Of a DNA stretch of 16,677 bases, positions 1 through 11,331 are shown piece after piece (within the stretch, counting starts at the first letter, position 1; each line of letters starts with the position of its first letter). Both the position numbers and the translations under genes were made by a program. The DNA is from Octopus sinensis. Its lineage: Eukaryota. The stretch lies in assembly GCF_006345805.1 (NCBI RefSeq), contig NW_021825012.1, positions 1-16,677 of the forward strand, written 5' to 3'. The notes beneath the pieces are model-generated. The model saw nothing but the letters and a program-made list of their open reading frames with translations. It was not told the origin of the DNA and ran no database searches.

Positions 1-155
1 TAGGAATAAAAACGGTTTAATTCAGTTGCTGGCACTACCAGCAACTGGCTTTACTTCACAGCTTTCCATGACAGAAATAAATGGCTTTAAAACACTTTAT
101 TTTCATCAGCTATTTTAGGGTCTACGTTGTTACACGTCTATTTCACTATGGTATT

Positions 156-815
<660 letters not shown>

Positions 816-1856
816 ACACAAATTCCAGGAACTGTCTTCACTCAAAACAAAGAAGCCCTGTCACTCTGTGAGCGATGGGCTTGAGTTCTTCCTGTATAAA
901 AACGTCATAAAAATAAAACCTCCGAGCAGACATACATATATATATATATATATACATGTTGACATCAGAAATATGCATAGAAACAAACATGCTTGCAAAA
1001 ACATAAACAAGCGTCCAAGCCTGTGCGTATATGTGCGTACTTATCTAAATGCGGAAAACCTACATACGCAAATGTTTACAGACATATTTATACACCCCAA
1101 CCGATCTACATGCGTTTCTACTTACATACATACAAAAGATATATCTAAATAAAAATTTACATATATATATATACATATATATATATACACATATATATAT
1201 ATGCATACGTACGTAAATTCTTACCTAAATACAGTCATACTTACACATACCTATATAAATACATACATATATACATATGTGCATACATACGTACCTACGT
1301 ACCTACGTACGTACCTACCTACATACATACGTATATATGCATGCAAACAAACTCTTATGTAAAAACACAGATAAAAACCAACTTACATACATAAACATTT
1401 AGGAAAAGACACACATACATACATCTGTATACTCACACACACACACACACACTCACACAAATTCCTACCTGAATACCGAAAAACCTACATATATACATAG
1501 ATATTTATATACACATATTCATACACATTTACACGCATACATACATACCATACATACATACATACATACATACATACAATACATACATACATACATACAT
1601 ACATGCCTGCATAGCTGGGATGGTCCTATAATCGGTTGTTGTTACAGAGTTGTCGCATTCTTCCGAGCATACCTCGTTAACCTGCTCAGAATATAGCGAA
1701 TGCTGAGGTTGGAATCACAGACTGTTTGCATTGCGCATGCAAAACTTGCAGCTGAAAGCCAGTAGATACACGTGACCAAAGCTACAACCTGGAGCGCAAT
1801 TTAATCTGATGTCCTAACTAATATACGGTCTCTTTGAATGTATTCCTCCTGGATTC

Positions 1857-2026
1857 TGCGAAGCACATGGTCTGTTGATTAATGTGCAGGAGGGGTTTGA
1901 GGCTGTGCCGAACAGCTCCTCATGAACCGCGCTGTCCTTAAGGAAGTGAAATAGGACAGCCCAAACCCGTCTGAATGGTTAAACTATAAGACAGCTTTTG
2001 ACTCTGTTTCTCACTCATGGGTAATA
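1857..2026 (+). mobile_element. Decayed reverse-transcriptase fragment of a non-LTR retrotransposon (R4/NeSL-like, RT domains 2-3)
   Basis: 1857-1898 translates CEAHGLLINVQEGF. After a frameshift, 1901-2026 translates GCAEQLLMNRAVLKEVK*DSPNPSEWLNYKTAFDSVSHSWVI. This fits the non-LTR RT pattern Q.GF...GC..QLL....L.E...W.DY.KAFDSV.HSW. There is an in-frame stop at 1952-1954. Confidence 0.75.
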
Positions 2027-2159
2027 GGCCCTATGGGGCCAGAAGATATTTAGCCCCGAACAGCCATCAATATTCTCCAAGGCAAAGCCGTAAGCTCATA
2101 GAATCGTTAGCAAGCCGGTGAAAATGCTTAGCAGCATTTTTACCGGCGTGGGATCTTCG

Positions 2160-2208
2160 GCAACCGTAATTGTCTAGCAATGTTAGGGGGATAAACACAC
2201 ACACACAG

Positions 2209-2249
<41 letters not shown>

Positions 2250-2251
2250 TG

Positions 2252-2307
<56 letters not shown>

Positions 2308-2670
2308 AGGTCCCGGGGTGAGTCGGGGTTAACCGCAGTAAATAAGGTACTCAATACATAGCACCACCACTCCATTAAATCTGCCTAAATGCATAAATAC
2401 CAGAACTAATTTTGACAGACAGCCTCCTGAAGATTTCATCTGAATGAAACAGTTCTAGTCCTGTAGAAGCTCCTTCTATAATATATATATATATATATAT
2501 ATACACGACGGGCTTCTTTCAGTTTCCGTCTACCAAATCCACTCACAAGGCTTTGGTCAGCTCGAAGCTATAGTAGAAGACACTTGCCCAAGGTGCCACG
2601 ACGCAGTGGAACTGAACCCGGAACCATGTGGTTGGTAAGCAGGCTACTTACCACACAGCCATTCTTGCGC
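2160..2670 (-). mobile_element. tRNA-derived SINE family 1 (internal microsatellite type); partial copy interrupted by an insert at ~2308-2478
   Basis: The head at 2505-2670 matches 13668-13833 and 15651-15815. On the minus strand it has an A box (TGGCTGTGTGG), a B box (GGTTCAGTTCC) and a CCTTGGGCAAGT core-like motif. 2170-2200 (ttgtctagcaatgttagggggataaacacac) matches the body of the other copies next to the CA/TA tract. Confidence 0.8.
2421..2471 (+). ncRNA. Type I hammerhead ribozyme motif with the conserved core motifs present
   Basis: agcctc-CTGAAGA(2427-2433)-tttcatctgaat-GAAA(2446-2449)-cag-ttctagtc-ctg-TA(2464-2465)-gaagct. Stem I pairs 5 of 6 positions, stem III is ACAG/CUGU, and the cleavage triplet is GUA. 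Stem II is weak (U-U closing pair). Confidence 0.7.
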
Positions 2671-3360
2671 GTGTTAGAAAAAAGGACGTTAGAAAAAGTA
2701 TAAAACATTTATCTTTTCACAGCTAGTACAAGCATTGCATTTTCTCATCTGTTCATGAGCGCAAAACGTGATGTTTTCACTTCTAAGCCATTCTAGATAT
2801 AAAAGACACGCAAACTGAAGGGCCAGTTCTTGATCATCAAATTTTTAATGTGCTGAATAAATAAATATCTTTTTTTCCTTTTCTCTTCAGTTGTATATAT
2901 CCATGTTTCAGGAGAATGGAAAAAATCTCTTTTGTTGGAAATTTATGGCTTTAGTGTTTCTAAGCTGGAAATTCCTCAATGAATGTAAATGGAAACTCTA
3001 GTCAGTATTTCATTTTAAGCTGAGATGTGTCGTCCATTAATGAGATGCGTAGAATGGCTTTACAGCTATTAATTTTAAAGATAAATAGGGAGTCCTCAAG
3101 AGTACTTCTGATATTCTTCCGACCTACAATGTATATATGTGTGTGTGTGTGTGATGGAAGGGGTGCTATTGTGTGTGTATGTGTGTGTGTGTATTTATGT
3201 TTGTGTGTGGTGGTGGGGCTGTTTTCTCTTTTTAAGCACATAATAGAGGAAGGATTAATGCGTGCATATTTATGTGGAGTAGATGATGGATTGTTAGGTG
3301 CTAGAGTTTGTATAGGCGTATAGATGGAGATATGCTGATACACTATCTCTCATACACACA

Positions 3361-3592
3361 GGGCGGCGAGCTGGCAGAAACGTTAGCACGCCGGGCGAAA
3401 TGCGTAGCCGTATTTCGTCTGCCGCTACGTTCAGAGTTCATGTTCCGCCGAGGTCGACTTTGCCTTCCATCCTTTCGGAGTCGATAAATTAAGTACCAGT
3501 TACGCACTGGGGTCGATGTAATCGACTTAATCACTTTGTCTGTCCTTGTTGGTCCCCTCTGTGTTTAGCCCCTTGTGGGTAGTAAAGAAATA
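3361..3592 (+). mobile_element. SINE family 2, full-length, with 17-bp target-site duplication
   Basis: The perfect direct repeat tatctctcatacacaca at 3344-3360 and 3593-3609 flanks a 232-bp GC-richer unit. The unit has a tRNA-like head (TGGCAGAAACGTTAGC...GAGTTCATGTTCC) and an A-rich end. A degenerate fragment of the same head lies near 2098-2140. Confidence 0.85.
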
Positions 3593-3647
3593 TATCTCTC
3601 ATACACACATTCACACACATACACATACTCATATATATGTGTGTATT

Positions 3648-3940
3648 CTTTCTTTTCTTCTTTTGCTTGTTTCAGTCACTTGACTGCGGCCATGCTGGGG
3701 CACCGCCTTTAGTCGAACAAATCTACCCCAGGACTTATTCTTTGTAAGCCTAGTACTTATTCTATTGGTCTCTTTTGCCGAAACGCTAAGTGACGGGGAC
3801 GTAAACACACCAGTGTCGGTTGTCAAGTGATGGTGGGGGGACAAACCTAGACACACAAACACACACACACAAACACACACAGATACACACACAAACACAC
3901 AAGCACACACACAAACACATACACACATATATATATACGC
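3648..3940 (-). mobile_element. SINE family 1, 3' body only (head missing beyond the internal TA tract)
   Basis: tttcagtcacttgactgcggccatgctgg...gacttattctttgtaagcctagtacttattctattggtctcttttgccg...cggttgtcaag is nearly identical to 13393-13570 and 15402-15570. Confidence 0.85.
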
Positions 3941-4290
3941 CGGAAGGAGTGAAAAGGTAGAGCGCAAGATTAAGGAAGACATGGCGCGCGATCAGAATGT
4001 TTTGGGGGGAAAACTCGTCGTCCATTTTGCTAACAGCACTGGAGAGTAGAAGAGCTAAGAAGATATACATAAGTTGGTGTCATTCTCTTCTTGGAAAATT
4101 ACCTAAGCACTACCTTCAAGAGCCATGAGCTATGTAAAATATAGTTTCTGCGTTTAGATCCTTGAGGCATCCCGTCTGCGTATGTTTGCAAAGTATATTA
4201 TACTGCAATGTGATTTATATACTGTTTTTCCTTTCAACTTCTTTCATTGAGGATATTTACTTAGTGTCTTGTGGAAGGCCATGAATAATT

Positions 4291-4303
4291 TGTGAGTGTG
4301 TGA

Positions 4304-4341
<38 letters not shown>

Positions 4342-4402
4342 TGTGTGTGTTAATGTGTGTGTGTGCATGTGTGTGCGTGCGTGTATATATATATATATAT
4401 AT
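4291..4402. repeat. (TG)n/(TA)n microsatellite
   Basis: Directly visible. Confidence 0.95.
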
Positions 4403-4487
4403 TAATAATAAATATTAGGGAATAAATCCAAACTTACAGGGAAAAATCAGATTTAGGATTGAATCCAATTTTATAGTAAAATATTAT

Positions 4488-4891
4488 TTATATTAAATTA
4501 GAGACAAAACCACTATTAGGCAAATCATACAATGAAAAACTTAAGCCAATACATAGATTATTTAATTTATATTATTTTAAATATATAACAAAATTATTAA
4601 AAAAATATAATTAATATATCACTACGATCGTTTCATGGCTGTTAATTTCTTTAAATTTTCAAGTCACAGTCACTTATCAGGTGGTTTAAATATTTCTCTT
4701 GGCGAGGTTTAAACAATGACTGTGACTTGAAAATTAACAGCCATGAAACGATCGTAGTGATATGTTAATTATATTTTTTTAATAATTTTGTTATATATTT
4801 AAATAATATAAATTAAATAATCTTATGTATTGGCTTAAGTTTTTCATTGTATGATTTGCCTAATAGTGGTTTTGTCTCTAATTTAATATAA
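4488..4891. repeat. Long fold-back palindrome (arms 4488-4672 and 4717-4891, 44-nt spacer) within a (TA)n-flanked insert; Penelope-like inverted terminal repeat remnant
   Basis: The arms are near-perfect reverse complements, for example gagacaaaaccactattaggcaaatcatacaatgaaaaacttaagccaatac vs gtattggcttaagtttttcattgtatgatttgcctaatagtggttttgtctc. The left arm has a ~10-nt extra segment near 4644-4654. Confidence 0.9.
4618..4685 (-). ncRNA. Minimal hammerhead ribozyme motif with palindromic stem III; one core substitution (CUGAUAA)
   Basis: Minus strand reads accac-CTGATAA-gtgactgt...acagccat-GAAAC-gatc-GTA-gtgat. Stem II pairs 7 of 8 positions, stem I is cac/gtg, and stem III is the palindrome ACGATCGT. 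Confidence 0.65.
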
Positions 4892-5769
4892 TATATATAT
4901 ATATATATATGTTACCATCAAAGATGCCTTGCACACGCAAAAAATTCAGAAGCAATTTAAAGATATTGCAAATTCCTTTCTTGATGATGGCTAACGCTAT
5001 CGCAATGCTGGAACCCCTCTTGTTGCTTTAGTAGAAATCTCAGGTTCCCAAGCCTTTTGCACCTTCGTCTATACTCTTCGTCTGAATGAGCAGCGAGAAG
5101 CAAATTAGCCCTATTCTGCAGAAACGTTTCTTTAGTCATTTGTTAACTACAACCATCTCCAACGTGCCTCAGCAGCCATGGCTATCATCTGGGAAGCTTT
5201 CTTAAGTTGTTTGCATTCCGGATCAATCTTCTGCCGCATGTAGAGCACTGATCCTGTTGGGAATCTGTGGTAGCCGTCTTCAAAAGGGGATGAGCTTGCT
5301 CAATCAATTACTGAAATTTGACTTTCTTCAGTTCATCAGAAATGTCAGTCTGTCCTTTCAAGACATTGGAAGTTCAGCCAAAAGGATCGCTTTTATGCTC
5401 CTGGTTAGAAGAAACATGTCGGAGTGATGTTATTCGTAACTCTTCTAGAGAGATGAGTTTATCCTTCAAATCTATTTGCATCTTTCAGTCAGAGGCTTGG
5501 TGAAAAATAGAAAACGAGTCCCCTCAGCTCGTTTTCCTTCTTGTATGCCGTAACAGATGTATATAGTGCGTTCACTTTCTCTGTTTTTCTTCCCCTTCTG
5601 TCTCCCCTTCTTTCTCCCCTTCTCTGACATTTCTTTGGGATAAGGAGTGGATGCTCGAAACATAAAACGCATTTCCTTCTTTTTTTCTCATTTCCTGTGC
5701 GTTAACCTAATACTCTCTGTATTTGCTTTTCTTTTTTTCATACTTTACCTTCGTGTTATATTTTTTGCA

Positions 5770-5781
5770 ATATATATATGT

Positions 5782-5823
<42 letters not shown>

Positions 5824-5830
5824 TGTGTGT
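5770..5830. repeat. (TA)n(TG)n microsatellite
   Basis: Directly visible. Confidence 0.95.
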
Positions 5831-6332
5831 ATTAACAGACTGACTAATAAATGTATTGAAATGATTGATCTTAAATGCGTCGCAGTACTAAAACGTTCAT
5901 CCAGGCAATGGCCTATTTTTACCAACGAAGAGAACACCTCACAGGTTGTATATAATGTAGCAAATAATGGATTTAGTACTTGCATATGGTGATTGCTGTG
6001 GCTTTATCAATGCTCTTAGTGTTGTGACTCATATAGGCAGCTGTCTTGGGAGTACGTGGTTGGATGTGATGGGAAGCTCAGTAGCTTCTAATTAAAAATT
6101 ATGTTCTTATCTCTTTTTGAATAGAGTTGGTGCGTAAAAAACTCGGAGTGGTTCGCGTGCCAGAAAGTAGAAACAGGAATTTTCTATTTGTTTCTATTTT
6201 TTTTTCGTATATTTTTGAGTAGTTTTGCTTTGAATTTGAATCCACCGCGATTCATACTTCAAGTTTGCTTCACACCAACTCTAAATTTTGAAGTGATAAC
6301 GAAAAATGATGACCATACTGCAAATGCCGAAG

Positions 6333-6333
6333 A

Positions 6334-6429
<96 letters not shown>

Positions 6430-6483
6430 CATCCATCCATCCATCCATCTATCTATTTATCTGTCTATCCATCTATCCATCCC

Positions 6484-6557
<74 letters not shown>

Positions 6558-6607
6558 CATCTATTTATCCATCTATCTATTTATCTGTCTATCCATCTAT
6601 CCATCCC

Positions 6608-6664
<57 letters not shown>

Positions 6665-6799
6665 TTGTCTGTCTGTACATACATATGTACATGTATATAT
6701 ATGTATGTATATATATAATATATGTATGTATATATATATATATATATGTGCATATATATATATATATATATATGTGTGTATATATATATATAATATATA

Positions 6800-6848
<49 letters not shown>

Positions 6849-6862
6849 TATATTTATGTATG
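6333..6862. repeat. (TATC/CATC)n tetranucleotide array followed by degenerate (TA)n
   Basis: About 330 bp of TATC/CATC, then TA-rich repeats. These explain the YLSI and YIYI ORFs. Confidence 0.95.
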
Positions 6863-7087
6863 TATAGGGTGAAAGGAAGTGAGAAAAAGAAATGGATCAA
6901 AATTAATATGTGATAACATGAATGTGGCTGTATATGATCTATACATCATACAATATAATACCAGAAATATGTATTAATGTGTATTCAGATTGATCATTGA
7001 AGTCTTTTCTCAAGATAACACTGTCGTTCACTCTCAAATGTCGCCAATCTTCCTTGATATTTACAACCGCCTACATACACATACTCA

Positions 7088-7237
7088 CACATATATATAT
7101 ATTTATATGTGTACACACACATATATATGCATATATATATATACATATAAATATATATATATAAATATATATATATAAATATATATATATGCATATATAT
7201 AAATATATATATATGCATATATATATTATATATATAT

Positions 7238-7272
<35 letters not shown>

Positions 7273-7510
7273 GCATATATATGCATATATATATATATAT
7301 GCATATATATGCATATATATATATATAATGCATATATATATATGCATATATATATATGCTATATATATATAATATATATATATATATTATATATATATAT
7401 ATATATGCATATATATTTACATGTGCATATATATTTACATGTGCATATATATATATATATATATATATGCATATATATATATATATGTATATATATATGT
7501 GTGTTTATAT
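7088..7510. repeat. Degenerate (TA)n array with interspersed GC
   Basis: Directly visible. Confidence 0.95.
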
Positions 7511-7552
7511 ACACGTACCTGTCATTGTCTAATCATTGTTTTCTCTTCACAG

Positions 7553-7657
7553 TCACGGCCCCGTCTATGGATGGGGGGGAACGAAATTTCTATCATCTTC
7601 CAGCCTATAGATAATAGAAGGAATGAAAGGCACCGAAGAGCGCAACTTGTCGGAAAT
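7553..7657 (+). CDS. Probable internal coding exon (105 nt, phase 0-0) of an unidentified host gene
   Basis: Branch-like ctaat (7529-7533), polypyrimidine acceptor ttttctcttcacAG (AG 7551-7552) and donor GTAAGT at 7658. The length is a multiple of 3 and only phase 0 is open: [35 protein letters not shown]. Confidence 0.5.
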
Positions 7658-7761
7658 GTAAGTGCCTTGTGTAAATCTTCAGTTAGTTGATACCTGGCGT
7701 AGATATTTAGTCTAGATATCAGATTGCATGCTGCTAATCTGCTAGTCCGCTATTCTGTGAA

Positions 7762-7801
<40 letters not shown>

Positions 7802-8195
7802 TCAGTAAAAAAGAAATATGATTCAAAATGAAAGAAATAAGAAACAATTCGCTGACTTTCGGGGCTGAACCATGAACTCTCTTGGCAAAAGTTTCCAATT
7901 ACGTGACTCGATTTTAAAATGATCCAAAATTCTCGTAAGCCTCCTTAGTAACATTTTATTAGTATTTCATTTTTGGTCTGAAACCGATGCAAACGATATT
8001 TTTTTTTTTTTTCTTTAGTTACTCTTAACCTGGAGGCAATTCCTGATCGGTTAATGGTATGTTATCTCTCTCCTGCAATAAGGAGAAAAATGAAAAAAAA
8101 AAAAAAAGAAAAATTTAAACATTCTAAATTATTTGAAGACAAAGAATCAGAAATGCGAACAAATTAATTATCAATGCGGATATTTCTTTCTTTTA

Positions 8196-8362
8196 TATGA
8201 TAATAATAATAATCATCGCTGTTATCATCGTCACTATCACGACCATAATCACTATTATCACCGTTAATATAATCACCGTCGTCGTCATCGTTGCCGCCAT
8301 CGTCATCTTCGCCGTCGTCGTCGTCGTCGTCGTTACCATCATCAACATCATCATCATCATCT
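8196..8362. repeat. Degenerate trinucleotide repeat (AAT/ATC/GTC)n
   Basis: Directly visible. Confidence 0.9.
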
Positions 8363-8466
8363 TCAACACTAAATGTGCTTTAAGTTGCGTTAGTCTTATG
8401 AAGTGAGCTGTTTTGCCTAGTTTTGTAGTTTGTCAGATGTTCTGTGCTATCAGCTTTAACTGTTGA

Positions 8467-8700
<234 letters not shown>

Positions 8701-8997
8701 ACATATTTTCTCTCTGGCTAAATTCCCTTCTTTCTCTAACTTATAAAAACAAATTTACGCACTCAAGTTTCCTAATCATAAATTGAGCCCATACTTAAGC
8801 CAATCAACGTATTTATCCAGTGTCAACTCTGCACAATTGTACTGGAAAATATCCATTTATATCTCCGTCTCTTTATCCACATCTATCTCTCTTTTTTTCA
8901 TCTACAAACACTTATATGTACACACAAACATGTATGCATATTTATATGCATATGTATAATGCTATATATAAATACATACACACACACAACCCCCCCC

Positions 8998-9033
<36 letters not shown>

Positions 9034-9249
9034 CACATATGCATTTAGAGATATATTCAATGTCTGCACATGTGAATTGCATATGGACGTGTAATTTACT
9101 TCAGTAGTTAGTAAGAGTTTATAGCATTGTCTCTGTGGTTGATTAAAATGCGTATTCAGTCGCTAAGGACATCCCAACTAAGGAGTAAAACTAATCTGGC
9201 TAATATTCTGTTTCTGTTCACAGTGACATTGTCTATGTAGACAAGGTAA

Positions 9250-10521
9250 TTAGGTCGTCAAGTATGAAATTTGTAGAAAAGAAAATAAGTTTGCTAATGT
9301 TTTATAAATACAAGGAAAAGTTTTATTCATCAAAGTATGAACCCATATTGTCAATACACTGCTGCCGTTTCAGCGGTAGCTTGTCCAGCCCGGAACTGTA
9401 AAACCCTGGCAATCTAGAGTCAATAAAATCTTGGAAGGCCTGTTTTACAGCATCGTCGGAATTTCCTATAAAAAACTTATTCAAATTCTGGAAGAGGTGG
9501 TAGTCAGTGGGGGCAAGATCAGGTGAGTATGGTGGATGACGGAGAACTTCCAACTCCAACTCCTGTAATTTCGCCAATGTCATTTTTGCGATGTATTCTG
9601 GCGTTTTCTAGCAATAAAATAGGAGCAATAAAATAGGCTGATTTTCTTTTGTAAGTTTCTGAATGATTTGGTCCAATTGGCTGCAGTGTACTTCGGCCGT
9701 GATTGATGAGCCAGGTTTAATGAAATCATAATGGATCACACCTATGCCAGACCACCAAACACACATCATCAGCTTCTTTTGATGAATTTTGCTTTTTGGA
9801 CTGTATTCTAGTGGCTAGTCTTTGTCCAACCATTGTGCTGAACGTTTACGGTTGCTGTATTGGATCTCTTTCTCATCACATATTACAATTCGATTAAAAA
9901 ATGATTCATTTTTGTGACGAGAAAGTAGCATAATGCAGTCTTCCAAACGTTGCTGTTTCTACTTTTCATTGAGTTCATGTGGAACCGACTTATCCAACTT
10001 TTTCCCTTTACCGATTTTAACTAGGTGAGTCAATATTGTTTGCTTGCTAACATCAAACGACAACGATAATTCACGGGCACTTTGAGACGGATCTGATTCG
10101 ACGTCGGCTTTCAGTTCGTCATTAGCTATCTTTGTGTCTGGTCAACTGCTTTGCTCATTTGTGAGGTCAAAGTTACCAGAGACGAAATTCTGCAAACCAA
10201 TTTGATACTGTCTCTTATGTAATAACATTAGAATGAAATACTCCATAAATATTCCGAGCGGTGATACTGTTGTATTTCCAAGAAAGAACTCATATTTCAA
10301 AACTGTACGAATTTCCGACTTATCCATCTCTAAACAAAAATAGCAAAAAAAAAACGATTTATAAATACTTTATAAAGCGCAAAAGGAGTTAGAATAAAGA
10401 AATAGATGTGTCAGCTTTCAAACAAAACATAAATATTGTCAAAATATAATAAAGGCGCAAAATGAGCAGCTGTTAAAGTTTACCATATACTTTACTACAA
10501 ATTTCATACTTGACGGCCTAA
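9250..10521 (-). mobile_element. Full-length mariner (Tc1/mariner, DD34D-type) DNA transposon, 1272 bp, inactive
   Basis: 27-bp terminal inverted repeats ttaggtcgtcaagtatgaaatttgtag (9250-9276) and ctacaaatttcatacttgacggcctaa (10495-10521), with 1 mismatch. TA follows the right end; the left flank is TAA. A transposase relic lies inside. Confidence 0.95.
9323..10327 (-). pseudogene. Mariner transposase pseudogene (Hsmar1/cecropia-like by eye)
   Basis: Manual translation gives MDKSEIRTVLKYEF...KLDKSVPHEL (WVPHEL motif)...RIVICDEK...AQWLDKD*...KKLMMCVWW...LENARIH (HDNARPH motif mutated)...HPPYSPDLAPTDYHLF...GSYFDE*. It contains in-frame stops, frameshifts and a 14-bp tandem duplication at 9610-9637. 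Confidence 0.92.
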
Positions 10522-11223
10522 TATTTACACCTGACTATTACACAGGGTGTTGGCGAAAAAAACCTAGGATAGTATTAAAAGAAAACACAGTCAATTAAAC
10601 AACCTGCCAAGAATTCTTTTTATATACAGCCTGATATTGCAGATTCACTTAAGTATTTAGTATTAAGGAGTCCATAAGCATTGATACACACACATACACA
10701 CACACACAATATAGTATATATAAAATGCGTATGTGTGCTGTACTTTGTACGCAGAACGGTATAAATAGGAGAAGGCGATATTAAGTGTCCAATATAAGTC
10801 AGTTGATGTATTGGAGAGTAGAGTGACTGCGACTTTCAATTTCCGATTCAGAAGACCACTTGACAATCTGAAGAATCAGTCAACCCTACCGAAATGATCG
10901 ATTTTGTATCCGACCAACAGATAAATATCTATGAAAGCCGTGAAAGGCATCGTAAATTACTCAACAGGGAATAAATTCTTTCGAGATTTTTATCATGGAG
11001 TCATAAGAGGTTTATATACACACACAAATAAATAAATAAGTAAATAAATAAATAAATACATATCTATATATATATATATATATATTAATTTTGCTTATGG
11101 TAACGTTTAGAATATGCAAATAAAGTTCCTATTCCGTTATGCTAGCCAATGTCTAATGATACCGACTAGTGAGCTACTTTCTCGTGGTTGCATCCAGTTA
11201 TACCGATATAAGATATAAGATGA

Positions 11224-11226
<3 letters not shown>

Positions 11227-11271
<45 letters not shown>

Positions 11272-11301
11272 TAATAACAATAATAATAACAACAACAATA
11301 A
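11227..11301. repeat. (AAT/AAC)n microsatellite
   Basis: Directly visible. Confidence 0.95.
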
Positions 11302-11331
11302 TCCTAGGATGGAATTTATAAACATTTAACG

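Noticed and set aside
23-115. Perfect 10-bp hairpin cagttgctgg/ccagcaactg (23-47) and minus-strand CTGATGA (109-103) followed by a stem
   Set aside because: GAAA is displaced by 8 nt and no stem I or III can be formed. The context is truncated by the window edge, and bacterial-type terminators are not relevant here.
2871-3001. Strong acceptor-like tract ending 2890 as a possible exon start
   Set aside because: There is no convincing donor, all frames reach stops, and the peptide is not recognisable.
3940-4060. Vague similarity to SINE family 2 in reverse orientation
   Set aside because: Too diverged to support by eye.
3343-4070. ORFs over SINEs (also 13349-13938, 15365-15945, 16061-16273), including the recurring TTDAGVFTSPSLS peptide
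   Set aside because: The recurrence reflects SINE copy similarity, not a gene family.
5300-5340. Minus-strand CTGATGA followed by an ACTGAA/TTCAGT stem
   Set aside because: No GAAA box follows the stem, so this is likely chance.
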